In this document: positions 30,711 through 41,971 of the stretch, one piece after another
How positions within the stretch are numbered: position 1 is the stretch's first letter
How the letters are laid out: each line of letters begins with the position of its first letter
NCBI GenBank assembly: GCA_000002445.1
Contig: CM000207.1
Location: forward strand, 416,001-480,000
DNA from: Trypanosoma brucei
Lineage: Eukaryota
Length of the DNA: 64,000 nt
Reading direction: 5' to 3'
Notes under the pieces: model-generated
What the model was told of the DNA's origin: nothing
The model's input: the letters and a program-made list of their open reading frames with translations, nothing else
Databases searched by the model: none
Position numbers and translations under genes: made by a program

Positions 30711-32528
30711 TCACAGGGATAAAATGCCCTTGAGTTCCCGCAGCACTTCTTCAAAACGATTCTCTGCAGAATCCAGTCCACAATCCACTCGTTCCTGTCG
30801 TAGTGCCTCCCCGCGCGCTGTGAGAGCGGCTTGCATGGACTCTAGTGTCCAGGTTCCATTAAAGGAGAAAACTTCTTCATTCCCACGGCGTTGTGGGCGG
30901 GAGATGATGCCAATGTCCGCAAAACCATCGATGGCCGACGAAATCCCTGCCGCATTCATTGACGGGAATCTTTGTTGGCCCATTAGTGCTGTATACAGGC
31001 GGTGCACAACCCGCGTCGTGAAGGTGCCGGGAACTACTGGACCCGGCTCTGCCGCGGAGTATGAGCCGAACGAAGACCCAATGGCCGTTTTGTTTTGCCG
31101 CCGCCCAACAGCGGAGGTGCTACCGATGCTCACCTTTGCGATTTGACTGTCTCGTTGTTGCCGCAGCATAAGTACAACGAGACAACTAAGGACGTAGAGC
31201 ATTTGCTCCGGCATTGCCGACACATATTCGAAGACACGGTCGCCAACAGAGTCGGGTCCACGGAGTATTTTTTGGCTCTGAGCCAATGTGATGAGCGCCG
31301 CTGGGACCCCGGGAGAGTTTCCACCAGGAGCAGTTGCCCCCGCCAGTTCACGGCTGCCCCGCGGCGTCTCACCGCCCTCGGTGGACACACGCCCCTTAGG
31401 AGGGACACTTTTCTTCTGTTCCTCTACGGCCGTGTGAATCAATCGTCGGCACATGACGGCCACTTGCCGCACATCACCCGAAAACTCAACAAGGGCCTTA
31501 CGAGCGATGTATCTAATGAGTCCCGGACTAAGCTGCACCTGTTCCTTCTCCTTCCGTGTGAAATGGGCAGCGGCGACGATGTGATTACCAATACTTTCTA
31601 ACATCTCGGCGCTGTAAGCCTCAAAAGGCAACTCCTTTAGTAACATGTGGGGGACGTGCACGAACTCCCGCTGGTTCGATATGAATACGAGGGCGAGTTG
31701 TGAGGCGTACTCAGCCGATAGTTCGGCTAGGGATGCAAGCGCTCCGCGTGCGGCGGCGCGAACGTATTCCACCTCATCGAGTACAAGAACATGCAGTGGT
31801 GTCTTCACCGTAGTCTTTGTCAACCCCGCAGTTGGGAGTCCCTCTTCTATTGGTTGTTGGTCGTAGTGCTTAAGTAGTTCGCGGCTGCGGCGCCTCATTG
31901 CCGAAACTCGCTTCGGAATACCCCCGACCGCATTTACGAGGGTGCGAGTCTGCGCATCCAAGCGAACCTGTGAACTGCAAAATGTTTCACTAATGGAATC
32001 ACAAAGCTGTTGCGCTGTCATATCCGCACAGTTGACGTAGTGACACTGCACTCGCCGACCCTTCCCAAACAAGTGTGGGAACAGTACAGTTGGATCGCCT
32101 GGGGTTGCTGCATTCCCAATGCTGCGGAAATGGCCGTCTTTAACGTTATCAGCGCTCACTGCCGCAGCACCCGCAGCATTCCCTTCGGTCTCGGACCCCC
32201 GTTGGCGCTTTGTTGGTCGCTGCCGCTCCATTTGCTTCTGTTGCTTTCGTCCCGCTGCTGGCGGAGGCGAATCGCTGAGGCCCCCACCACCGTTGCTGCT
32301 ATTGCTACCGGTGCTGGAGCGACCAGCCGCTTTATCATAAGTCATCACTCTATGCGTAACCCGGCGCATGGCCCGAATTATCGTTGACGTCTTACCAGAC
32401 CCGCAAGCACCAAAGACAAATAGCGACTTGCAGTGCTGAATCAGCAGACGTTCCTCGATGAACCGAAGTACATCGTTATATTCTTGTTCCCGTCCCAATA
32501 GCGGGGTATTTTCCATCATTCCTCTCAA
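30711..32528 (-). CDS. ORC/CDC6-family AAA+ ATPase-like protein, a candidate origin-recognition-complex subunit (ORC1b- or ORC4-like). It has a long low-complexity insertion between Walker A and Walker B.
   Basis: The N-terminus LLGREQEYNDVLRFIEERLLIQHCKSLFVFGACGSGKTSTII shows the L.GRE.E....FI...L motif followed by a GxxGSGKT P-loop, as in ORC1/CDC6/ORC4. Walker B is hhhhDE at HVLVLDEVEYV, about 210 aa later (the usual spacing is about 70-80 aa). A G/S/N-rich insert lies between them. Confidence 0.6.
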   Translation of the reverse strand: MRGMMENTPLLGREQEYNDVLRFIEERLLIQHCKSLFVFGACGSGKTSTIIRAMRRVTHRVMTYDKAAGRSSTGSNSSNGGGGLSDSPPPAAGRKQQKQMERQRPTKRQRGSETEGNAAGAAAVSADNVKDGHFRSIGNAATPGDPTVLFPHLFGKGRRVQCHYVNCADMTAQQLCDSISETFCSSQVRLDAQTRTLVNAVGGIPKRVSAMRRRSRELLKHYDQQPIEEGLPTAGLTKTTVKTPLHVLVLDEVEYVRAAARGALASLAELSAEYASQLALVFISNQREFVHVPHMLLKELPFEAYSAEMLESIGNHIVAAAHFTRKEKEQVQLSPGLIRYIARKALVEFSGDVRQVAVMCRRLIHTAVEEQKKSVPPKGRVSTEGGETPRGSRELAGATAPGGNSPGVPAALITLAQSQKILRGPDSVGDRVFEYVSAMPEQMLYVLSCLVVLMLRQQRDSQIAKVSIGSTSAVGRRQNKTAIGSSFGSYSAAEPGPVVPGTFTTRVVHRLYTALMGQQRFPSMNAAGISSAIDGFADIGIISRPQRRGNEEVFSFNGTWTLESMQAALTARGEALRQERVDCGLDSAENRFEEVLRELKGILSL

Positions 32529-33746
32529 ACGCGAAATAAGTGAGACAAAAGGGAAGAAAGGGCCGCGTGATGTGGGAAGCTGAATGCACAGCTTTGCTTT
32601 TTTCCCCCCTCCAGAGTGAGGAATATATTTCGTCTTCTTGTATCTATGTATGAATGCGAAGATGACCTTCTTCTTCTCTGTATGTTTTGATATTGTGATG
32701 GTTGTGATATCTATGCCACGGCAATCTTTTCTATAAGAGAAACAATACTGTGGTTACAGAAGCGAGTGTGTTACAAAAAAACTGGCGCGCACTCACTTAT
32801 GTCGTCTAAACGTGTGTGTTTTCGTTTTTTTCTATGCGTGTAGCTTCCGCCTTCGATAGTGTGTGTATGTGTTGAAGCCCGTACGGGGTGAAAATAAATT
32901 CTATTTCTTTTCCACCTTCCTCGGGGTATGTTCACTTCCCCTTTATTCGTGCTTCTCTCAGCTTAACTGCGTTGCGGCGAATTTTACCGAATGAGTTGTG
33001 CAGTAAGCCTAAGCTACAGCAGCGCTACGTGTGCACAAGATCCGCAAAAAAAAAAAACGAAAGTGACTCAGATTGAGAACAGAACAGGCCAGGGGGGGGG
33101 ACAGTAGCAAAAAAATAATAATAATAGCAAAGGATGCCATTGCAAATGAATCAGGGGGGGGGGAGGAAAAAGCGACACAACCACCCGCTAGTGGCGACGA
33201 GGCGCGCACTACTTACTTACAGAGCTACAGTCCATTACCATTATACCGGGGCAATGCCGACAGCTAACCCGCTCATTACAGTGCGTTCCACCTGAAATTC
33301 AAAATGTCATGCAGTGGCGGTAGGTGATGATCCTTGTTTTGTTTGTTGATTTGTGTGTACACCGGGAGGAGGTTTGGGGTTCAGAATCGAAGGAAGACAA
33401 AGAAAGCGCAAATGTAAAAGGAGGGGGATATACAACTGAAAGGAGTACAGACATTGGAAAGAGTTCACCACTTTTCCACTTAAACTCCGCTCCCGCCACC
33501 ACTCCATGTGCAAACAAACAAACAAACGCACAGGACACACACCACGGGCGGTAGTTGCTTTCTCTCCCCCTCTTCTTTTCATTCCCATGCGTGAAAACAC
33601 TTCCATCCGTTCCTCGATGCAGTTCAGCAACAGCAGACTGGATCTTTTTCCTCAACCAAAAGAGAGGCAAAACGGACGGGATGCAAGGTGTGACGGTCAC
33701 TGGACGTAAGTTGTGGAGTAGTAACGCCCAGGTACTAAGCACGCTT

Positions 33747-34997
33747 CTAAAATATTGTTAGTGTGGCGAAGACCGCGTAGAAGAGGGACAGTGGGTACAT
33801 GATGAGATATCTCTGCTTCTCCATGTGGAAACCTCTCACCAACATCGACGTTGCGCACCACGCGGACCAAAGAACGGCCAACAAGGCAGGCACCAACATC
33901 GTTTTACCGACATACCCAAATAACCAATACATCAGTGACTGCGAAGCTGCGAGAAAAACATTAGGAATCAAACCATAGCCTAACGCGCTGATGACGAACT
34001 GCAACGACACCGCATTTTCTGTCATGAGCGAGAGCAGGACTCTCATGAATATAACACCAATAACGAACTGCCCGTAAATGGTACTGAACCGCATGCTGCC
34101 CCGAAGTGAAAGCAAAATCGCAAGAAGAACGGCGAATACTATGGGTCCTGCGAGATCCATGCTGTCAGAAACGTTTTCCCCCATCTCTCTAAATGGGTTA
34201 AGGACGGCAAGTGCGTTGGCCCGTATTTCGTGAGGAAATATTCCCAGTTCGTCCAGTAGTGGAAGATCATCTTCGGGGTATCCGAAACGCTGCTGGTGCA
34301 GTGGAACTTGTCCTTGTGAGGTGTCGACTCCGCTTTCGTTGTTAAAGGCTGTCATCATATTCCGCAATGCAAGTGTCTGCAACAAATTCCCGAAGAATCC
34401 CGGTTGGGTTGGGGAATACGACGTTGGGGGTGGTGTTGGTGGTGGACCCGTTGAGGAGGTTCGTTGGTGCCACGACGTGCCCTGCAAGGGGAGCTGTTGA
34501 CCTTTTGGGGAATAGTCATGGAACACCGGTACCGCTGGATTCATTAGAGGCACAGTCGTTGCTACCGGCATCTGAATGAATGGATGAGCAGCAGTAGGTT
34601 TCGGTGATTGGGTTCCACTCACGAAATGGGAGGGGCTACTTTGGAAGCTGTTCCTATCTGAGCCTGTGCGAAAGGCTTTGGGCGATGCGCACGATGCCGG
34701 CCGTGAAAAGTACGGCGTTGCCGAAGCTACTTTAGGAGGTTGCGCTTGCATTTGTTGCTGCGGGTACTGATACGGATGCTGGTATTGTTGCTGTTGCTGT
34801 TGCTGTTGTTGCCGTATTGGGTTCATGTGGTTTGCGTCCCCTCCATTATAGAAGAAATCTTCTGGTCGTGCACCAGCTGACTGGTTGGGCCACGGCGCAA
34901 ACGGCGGCGGTTGCTGGTAGTAGTTACTGTTGTTGGCCCCATTAACTTCACCTTGATTCCCCTGGGGAAAGTATAAACCGTTTGGTTGCGGTTGCAT
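33747..34997 (-). CDS. Yip1-domain (YIPF) Golgi membrane protein with an N-terminal Q/P/Y-rich low-complexity region.
   Basis: A conserved Yip1 core DDLPLLDELGIFPHEIRANALAVLNPF is followed by several hydrophobic helices (IVFAVLLAILLSL, FVIGVIFMRVLLSLM, ALGYGLIPNVFLAASQSLMYWLFGYV, LVPALLAVLWSAWCATSML). The N-terminal region includes a polyQ run (QQQQQQQQQQY). Confidence 0.8.
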   Translation of the reverse strand: MQPQPNGLYFPQGNQGEVNGANNSNYYQQPPPFAPWPNQSAGARPEDFFYNGGDANHMNPIRQQQQQQQQQYQHPYQYPQQQMQAQPPKVASATPYFSRPASCASPKAFRTGSDRNSFQSSPSHFVSGTQSPKPTAAHPFIQMPVATTVPLMNPAVPVFHDYSPKGQQLPLQGTSWHQRTSSTGPPPTPPPTSYSPTQPGFFGNLLQTLALRNMMTAFNNESGVDTSQGQVPLHQQRFGYPEDDLPLLDELGIFPHEIRANALAVLNPFREMGENVSDSMDLAGPIVFAVLLAILLSLRGSMRFSTIYGQFVIGVIFMRVLLSLMTENAVSLQFVISALGYGLIPNVFLAASQSLMYWLFGYVGKTMLVPALLAVLWSAWCATSMLVRGFHMEKQRYLIMYPLSLFYAVFATLTIF

Positions 34998-35376
34998 GGG
35001 GATAGTGACCGCTTCCTAAAAGGGATGAGAAACCTTTACTAAACTCGCCTGGCAACTCCGAATGAATGAAAATTAGGGCAAAAGCAGTCACGATTCAAAT
35101 GCAATAATTACAAAGAAAATAAGCAATGCACATGGTCAATGTTCGGTCGCCGTCCCGAGAACAACGTGGCCCCCCTTCTCCGTACTTAAGCAACAGACGC
35201 CAACAACTCATTTCACTTTCGTGTGTTTACTCGATAGTAACACAAAAATCAGACGACCTCTGTTCCCCTTCTTCCTTGTCCTCTTCGCCACACCACCCTG
35301 CCCATTCATGTGATGATTGCACCTTTGCACAGTGGATTTCGTAAGCTCATTTCTCATTTAACGTGATGATTGACCA

Positions 35377-35703
35377 TTAATCCAACTGCGTTTCACCGCT
35401 TCTCGCCGATCCGGTGTTGTTTTTCCTACGAAACGACACCCTCCAGACACCACCGTCCATTAGAGCCAACACCAAACATGTGCCCCAACGCACTCCGTAG
35501 CGAGTTGCGACGGCCAAGGCGTAAGCTATTAACACCGTGGCAGTAAGCTGTAGGATGCCGTAAGCAAATGGAAGGGGTCCGAATAGTAAAAGAATACTGC
35601 AGTAACCGGCAACCAACCCGAGTAACACGGAGGACATCTGCCGCAGCAAGAACTGGGGGGTGGAGTAAATGACAGTAGAGAGAACATCCTTCCAACTGAA
35701 CAT
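35377..35703 (-). CDS. Small hypothetical membrane protein of 108 aa with 2-3 predicted transmembrane helices.
   Basis: Hydrophobic segments are present (VLLGLVAGYCSILLLFGPLPFAYGILQLTATVLIAYALAVA, LVLALMDGG). A purine-rich upstream tract lies at about 35790-35820. Support is only ORF length and context. Confidence 0.35.
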   Translation of the reverse strand: MFSWKDVLSTVIYSTPQFLLRQMSSVLLGLVAGYCSILLLFGPLPFAYGILQLTATVLIAYALAVATRYGVRWGTCLVLALMDGGVWRVSFRRKNNTGSARSGETQLD

Positions 35704-36426
35704 TGGAAGAAGTCCACTGCCGTGGCTCAGTTCCTTATAACTGACAAAATCGTTAGAGATGACAGCATGTGTTTGTTGGTGATACCGTGGAAAATAGCGA
35801 AAAAAAAAAAGAAACAGTGTTCAAAGGGATCGATTTCATCATAGCTTAAAAAGTATTAAGAGAAACAGAAGCGTAAGTGCCCTCTTTGGAGCACTGAATA
35901 CTCTAAACGACTCGTGTCATATGGCACTGACGAGGGGGAGGGGTCGAGAGCGCGAAGCGGCAGAAAGTATTCCCAGTTTACCGCCACGTGTGAAATTCAA
36001 GGATATAATCAAACGTGGAAGTATGTCCACTCAGTAAACATAATTTTTTTAAAAAAATATGTATCCCTGGTAAAATATCAAAAAACAGTTCAGTTTTCAT
36101 ACACACAGAAAGAGGGATACAGATATAAAGAAAGAGAGTAACCAATCGACGCGGTATATATGTATGTATATATGTATATATTTCGTTGAAGAACGCCGCT
36201 ATAACACTGAGCGGTCTTCGGAACCTCTATTCCTTTCTTCGAAACGTTTAAACTTTTTCGTTGATAATACCCCATGACGGCCAACCAAACCAGCACACCC
36301 CCCCCCAACGAAACTTGAGTAGCAAGTGTACAAGCGAAGAATCTAAGGGAGCCATCTGCAAGCCGGGGGTAGCGTAGCGGTGACGGAGAAAAATGCTGGA
36401 GATGCGCTGACCAAAATACGAAAGAA

Positions 36427-37488
36427 TTATTTACCATCATCTGGTAGTGGCTGCCTTCCGCTATCACGCATCTGCGCAACAAGCCAATTCATCCCGTCAA
36501 CAACTCCTGTGCCATGCAGCGCGCTCATCTCAACGAGTCGCATTACTCTATTTCCAATACCACTTGAACCCGGTGGGGGCGTGGCCACACCACCAAACGA
36601 TTTTTCGTTTGAAAGTTTGTCATATGCCGACCGATCCGGCGGACCCTCATAATCCCCCTCACCATTCCTGTGCAACTCGCCATAAACGGGCTCACCCACC
36701 ACACAATCGTCTGCGTAGAATTCATCCATCAGTGCCACATCAACTAATCGCAGCGCGTCCTGAATTTCTACGAGAGTATGATGGTTTGCTGCATCCACCT
36801 TGTTCGATACAATTAGGAGTGGGGCGCCAGCTAGTAATGGATGACTGAACATCTGGCGGAGGATGAGCGCATCCTTCGCATACAATTTACGGAGGAATTG
36901 GGATCGCTCTCCTTCACGTACATCCCCTATAGGTGAGTTGGGTTGGGCACCTACATCACTTTCGTCATCTTCACTCGTACCAACTTGATCAGGTGAAGTT
37001 TTCCTGCCTCCTTCACTGCAACCATTTGATGTGGCCTCACCTAACGTGCTGTCCACAACAAATATAACACCATGACATGTACCAAAAAAGTTTCCCCAAA
37101 GAGGTCGTAATGACCCTCCTATATCCCATAATATAAGTGGCGTCGTTAAGGGTGTGAGCGAGACATTTGGTGTCTCATGCTGCGGTGGCGTTGTTACGTG
37201 CGTGACGCTCGACCTATTCAATCCTGTAGTTGGCCTAATTTTTTTCCTCAAAGACTCCACCGGGGCCGGTGTGGGAAAATTATAGTTTACCTCACTTGCA
37301 GTTGCGTCACCACTATTTTCTTCCGTAGTGGAACTGTTGGCACCATTCTTGCTACTTTCCGTCGCGTACATGTGCTTGAGCTGCTCTGATAGCGTTGTCT
37401 TCCCAGATGACTCCAACCCAACGATCAGAACTTTCCTGGTGTCATCGGCGAAGATGGAACTGTAAAGACCCCGGACAAGCGAAAACAT
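36427..37488 (-). CDS. ARF-like (ARL) small GTPase with unusually long loop insertions. Its 353 aa compare with about 180 for typical ARF/ARL proteins. The start is reassigned to MFSLVRGLYSSIF.
   Basis: The motifs appear in order: G1 VLIVGLESSGKTTL, a switch-I-like RPTTGLN, G3 LILWDIGGSLR, G4 LLIVSNKVDA, and the ARF C-terminal SALHGTGVVDGMNWL. S/T/P/E/D-rich inserts sit between G1 and switch I, between G3 and G4, and between G4 and the SAL motif. The ATG is at 37486-37488 on the reverse strand. A purine-rich tract lies upstream at 37500-37640. Confidence 0.75.
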   Translation of the reverse strand: MFSLVRGLYSSIFADDTRKVLIVGLESSGKTTLSEQLKHMYATESSKNGANSSTTEENSGDATASEVNYNFPTPAPVESLRKKIRPTTGLNRSSVTHVTTPPQHETPNVSLTPLTTPLILWDIGGSLRPLWGNFFGTCHGVIFVVDSTLGEATSNGCSEGGRKTSPDQVGTSEDDESDVGAQPNSPIGDVREGERSQFLRKLYAKDALILRQMFSHPLLAGAPLLIVSNKVDAANHHTLVEIQDALRLVDVALMDEFYADDCVVGEPVYGELHRNGEGDYEGPPDRSAYDKLSNEKSFGGVATPPPGSSGIGNRVMRLVEMSALHGTGVVDGMNWLVAQMRDSGRQPLPDDGK

Positions 37489-38461
37489 TGCGTCGTCGGA
37501 GCTCTTTCGCAAAACGGTTACCTTCGTCGTGTGGAAGAGAACCAAAATAAAATCGAGCAAAAAAAATAATAATAATATAAATAACAGAGGTTTCAAGGGA
37601 AGCGATATATAGATAACCAGCACGAACACCCATACATTGCACTGCGAACTCCCACAGCATTCATAATGCGGCAGCAATTTGACACGGGTAATAAGCCGAT
37701 ATTCACTGGCATATGCCGCTCACAACAATAACTTCACACGACACGAGGCAACTCCAGGTCCCTTTGTTGATTGCTCCACGGTTGAAGTTAGTAAACAAGC
37801 CAACATGCCTTGGAAAGTTCCAATCCCCCCCCGTTATTTCCCCAGTCTCCGACAACTTCGCATGTGGACGTATGTGCATAAGAAATGGCGGGTCGACTTG
37901 GTGGAGTTTTTCTTTCTTTTAAAAAAATCAACATCTCGAAGGGGAGGGGAGTTCACATGTTAATGCATTCAACGCTTGTTGGAGTTGTGCCGTCTGCTCC
38001 GCCCTTCCCGTCAACTCCAAACATGAATTTACACAAAAGCCGCTACCATCCAGTTGAAATGAGGACTTGAAAGGTGTGTTTGCCACCACTTTACCTCCCT
38101 TTACACGGCATGTGCATTCCTTTTCCCATACAAGTGCGCGGACATACAGAATAAAGTCCCACTGATATATTCTGTTTACCTTTTCCTTCAAATGTATGAA
38201 GGCATGAAGCATGACCCGCCTCTCTTCCAAATCCTTAGACAATCTAACACATGATATTCCTATATAGACACTACAGTGAAGTAAAAGAGCGACTAGGGTT
38301 AAATCAGCAGTCCCATTAACTCACTACAATGGAGAACCACAGCCTCTCTTACAACCCTTACCCAAACGGGAGAAACCACTCTAGATACAATGTTAGAAAA
38401 TGCAGAGAAAGGAAATCAACATAAAAACAGTGATAATATCGTTTCCACGCCAACGCTGCCT

Positions 38462-40810
38462 TCATGAGGGTTTGGGCATTCGTTGACACGTCCAATAATC
38501 GTAATAGTTGCGTCGCGGAGAAGGCTCCAATGGCACAGCATTGTGCGTCTGCCCGCTAGCGGCCGCTTGCCTTTTCCTGGCCGGCTGTGGCTGCTGCGTA
38601 TCAAGCAGAAGTGACGCCTCCCACGTTAATAGGCAACGTTGAGCGTAAGTTAGGGCGGAGAAAGGGCAGGATTGGTGCATCAGTGGGCTGCTGCTCTCAG
38701 GGTTGCACACGTCAGAGCGACCGGTCTTTTCAACATCGGTTGTCACCTTTTCCACCCCATTTGTGCACAGAACGGAGGGACCCGCCTGTTGTCCCTCCAA
38801 TTCTTCCTCATTTGTTGATGGCCGAGTTTGTTGCCGCGCTTCGTTCTTAACGTTCTCCTCGTCAAATTTCACCAATGGGATTGACGGAGTTGAGGAACCC
38901 GTGTGGTAGTAGCGAAGCAACTGAATGAGCGAGGGGTGCATGCCGTGCTCAACTTCAGATTCAGTTTCTTTCGTATCGTGATTTTGAGAGCCGTCTTCTA
39001 CCTTAGTTGAATTTTTGTTGTTTTGTGGGAATGCTGTAAACAGCGCCGCGTACACAGGATCATCTTCCATACGTTCGTGAATGCGTTCAACAACGGCACT
39101 GCACGAAGCTACGTAGTTTGGGGGCTTCAATCCACCGGTCGCTACCCCATCCTGCACAGAATCAATGGTGCCACCGACCTGCGCACTGCGTCTTCGCGTA
39201 GGGCGGATAGACCTCCAGATTTCTGCCAAACACGCCGACCGCGGTGGTCGAAGGCGCTTCGCAGCGTCCGGTGCTTCTGCCACATCGCTGACCGGAGGAT
39301 CCTTCTTCTCATTCGACTCAGCAGCCGCTGCAGGAGCGGATACCCTGCTGCTACGTGCGATGGTACGGGATTCTACGGTTGCCTTCACAACTTCTGTGGC
39401 CTTCTCCTTCGTCCCTGTAGCTAACTTCGCGGAAGATCGAGTATGACCGCTCGCTTCCCAAGTTTTGTTAGGGCCGCTGCCGGTGGGTTTTGTGGCAGAC
39501 CTCACTTCACTGACTTCCCCACCAGTGCTACTTTCTTTTGGTCGGTGCCCGCGGTGCCGACTGCGTGTGCCCGGGGGTGGAGGTCCGTTTCGTGTTGAAT
39601 CAAACCGGGTTCTCAGACGCGGTTTCTCTTCGTCATTTTCCTCTTCTTCTTCCGCTACGTTATTTTCGGTTGCCTCGGCTTTGCGCTGCGGTGGCGCTCG
39701 CTTCCGAGTAGCTTGAGTGTTTGGAAGTTTGTCCTCCTCCCCACCGCCCTCATCCGTCTCTTCTACCTTTTGCTTTGCGGCTACTGAGAGGGTGTTGCTA
39801 GGTTCCTGCGGGACGCTTTTCTTGGGGTGGAAATTTGAGAGCAGTTCATAGTAGAAGTGCCGCAGAGAAATCAGAAGCGTGTCACGGCGGGTGGGGCCAA
39901 CGTGGTTCTTTAACACCTCAACGTCCATGTTGCGGCACACAACCCACCATGAGAAGGCAAGGTCTTTCGAGCTAAACCTGTCTAAGACAACACCGCGTGT
40001 CAACAGAGATTGGTAGTAGGACACTATAGTGTCAACGATAGCGCAAGAGAACTTCACCACATCCGATTTTCCACTTACCTGGCGAGAGGTTTTTCTATCG
40101 GAGCTTGCGCCTCCCCCCTGGCCCACAGCAACTGGGAGAGAGCGCTCCGGCAGCTGCGGCGATGGCGTTCCCCCATTTCCCTCTGTAATTACTCGCTTAA
40201 GTGGCGTTGCACCAGCTTCAAACGCGTCACTTTGTTCCCGCAACCTTTTGTTGCCATCGCTACTCGAGCTCACCCTCCCTCCTCCATTTTCTTCATCCTT
40301 GCTTACAACTAGCAGAGACGCTCTCGAGGTTTCTTCGACATTGTCAGTATCCCCTCTGCTGCCGCTATGGCTCGTAATGTGTGGAGAAGCGGTCATGCGA
40401 CCTGCTGATGTTTTAGAAACAAAAGCCATAGGGCCGAAGAAGATGATGCGAGCCATGTCAACTGCACAGCCGTCCTCTGACGTGCAAATTCTTTCATCTG
40501 GCTCCGCTGCGAGTAGGAGGTGAAGGTTCTTTGCCCGTGCAGCGTTTATTGGCTCTACAGGAAGCGTGGTGTTGGCGTGATATGAACGCAAACGCTGAAT
40601 TGTATTGAGTGCAATGAAGTCTCTGCACCGGTCGTCTTTCCATGGGTCCATTTCGTACACATTGGAGGCATCCAGCGATATGCCCATTCGCCTCGTCTGT
40701 CGACTCATGTTTTGTAGCCACCGAGACACGCTGCCCGCCGATGTCCGCCGCTTTTCAGCCTGTGCTCTGTTCCACCTAACGCTAACCTCACCACCAACTT
40801 TCTCTAACAC
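38462..40810 (-). CDS. Hypothetical protein of 782 aa, largely low-complexity/disordered (S/P/E/R-rich), with no recognisable domain.
   Basis: The ORF is long on the gene-array strand, with an acidic run EEEEENDEEK and basic stretches. The C-terminal segment includes VERIHERMEDDPVYAALFTAF. No family-level motif is identified. Confidence 0.55.
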   Translation of the reverse strand: MLEKVGGEVSVRWNRAQAEKRRTSAGSVSRWLQNMSRQTRRMGISLDASNVYEMDPWKDDRCRDFIALNTIQRLRSYHANTTLPVEPINAARAKNLHLLLAAEPDERICTSEDGCAVDMARIIFFGPMAFVSKTSAGRMTASPHITSHSGSRGDTDNVEETSRASLLVVSKDEENGGGRVSSSSDGNKRLREQSDAFEAGATPLKRVITEGNGGTPSPQLPERSLPVAVGQGGGASSDRKTSRQVSGKSDVVKFSCAIVDTIVSYYQSLLTRGVVLDRFSSKDLAFSWWVVCRNMDVEVLKNHVGPTRRDTLLISLRHFYYELLSNFHPKKSVPQEPSNTLSVAAKQKVEETDEGGGEEDKLPNTQATRKRAPPQRKAEATENNVAEEEEENDEEKPRLRTRFDSTRNGPPPPGTRSRHRGHRPKESSTGGEVSEVRSATKPTGSGPNKTWEASGHTRSSAKLATGTKEKATEVVKATVESRTIARSSRVSAPAAAAESNEKKDPPVSDVAEAPDAAKRLRPPRSACLAEIWRSIRPTRRRSAQVGGTIDSVQDGVATGGLKPPNYVASCSAVVERIHERMEDDPVYAALFTAFPQNNKNSTKVEDGSQNHDTKETESEVEHGMHPSLIQLLRYYHTGSSTPSIPLVKFDEENVKNEARQQTRPSTNEEELEGQQAGPSVLCTNGVEKVTTDVEKTGRSDVCNPESSSPLMHQSCPFSALTYAQRCLLTWEASLLLDTQQPQPARKRQAAASGQTHNAVPLEPSPRRNYYDYWTCQRMPKPS

Positions 40811-41929
40811 TTCATATTAATGAAAACGAATTCGAAAAATGAGAGTTGATGTCCGTATTAACTTCCTCCAGTGGTGGGGATGTTGACCAGCATAATTCGC
40901 TAAGATACGTAAGACAGTAACCAAGTTATGCAAAATAGTGTATCCCATGATGCCTGTCCCATCCCCACTCCCCTTCCAACTCCTTGCGACGGGAGCACGC
41001 ATATTCTCTCTCAGTGTTGTGCGTCTCATTGTTATAATTTAGGGGCGTAGCTAACAAGCGTGTTGAGGTGAGTCGGCACACGGGCAGTAAAGGGGGAAGG
41101 ATCAGAAAGGAATCAGAAGAGTAAGAACGCATTTCCATGAATCCATCTACCCGATGAAGCCGCGCCTTCCTCCTCCTTGTTTCCCACCGTCCTGAACTTC
41201 ATTTTCTTGCCACACCTCTTTCTAGCCGTGCAGGGTTCACTAATAGTTTAGCAAGCACGACCTCGGCTATAATGTGGCTTCCTTCTACTGTTCATGTCCT
41301 TGGGTGCCCACATCCCGCGTTAGCGGGTACTGTGCATGAACGCTTCAAAAATTATCGGCAAGAGCGAAAGGAACAATAATAATCTCCGATGCACTTCAAG
41401 TTTGTCAGCGGAACCGACTGCAGGACGGAAAGGAAAGTAATGATGGATGCATCCAAGAGCAGCACACCGACGCCGAGCTGACGTGTAAAGGGTAATAGAA
41501 AATCACCAAACGGTTAAGTGAAACAACGGTCCAATAATCACGACTGTGTGAAAAAAAAAAAGGAACCCGACACGCAGCAAAAACTGAAAACAGCAACAAC
41601 ATACCGACACCACCAAAAGCTACTTCGCTACTATTGTCATTTTCGCTCATTTACATTGGAGAAATGGGATAAAGGTACATCATCTTGTGACGTCTCACAT
41701 TTTGTCTCTTGTCAAAGGGAGCGTCAGGTGAAATAAACAAACCGTAACATTCGCAACACCTAAACAAAACAGACGGAAGACTGCACGCACATATATGCAC
41801 ACATTTTTTATTTATCGCAATCTCCTGTCCTGCCTTTTTTTTTCTGAACTCCGCCGCACACTAATAAACATCGTAAATCAATAAGTCGAGTTGCTCATCA
41901 ACGTGTATGACTCCTCCTTTACGTGTATA

Positions 41930-41932
<3 letters not shown>

Positions 41933-41968
<36 letters not shown>
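41933..41968. repeat. (TA)18 microsatellite in the intergenic region upstream of the gene at 38462-40810.
   Basis: The 36-nt tract atatatatat... is read directly. Confidence 0.95.
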
Positions 41969-41971
<3 letters not shown>

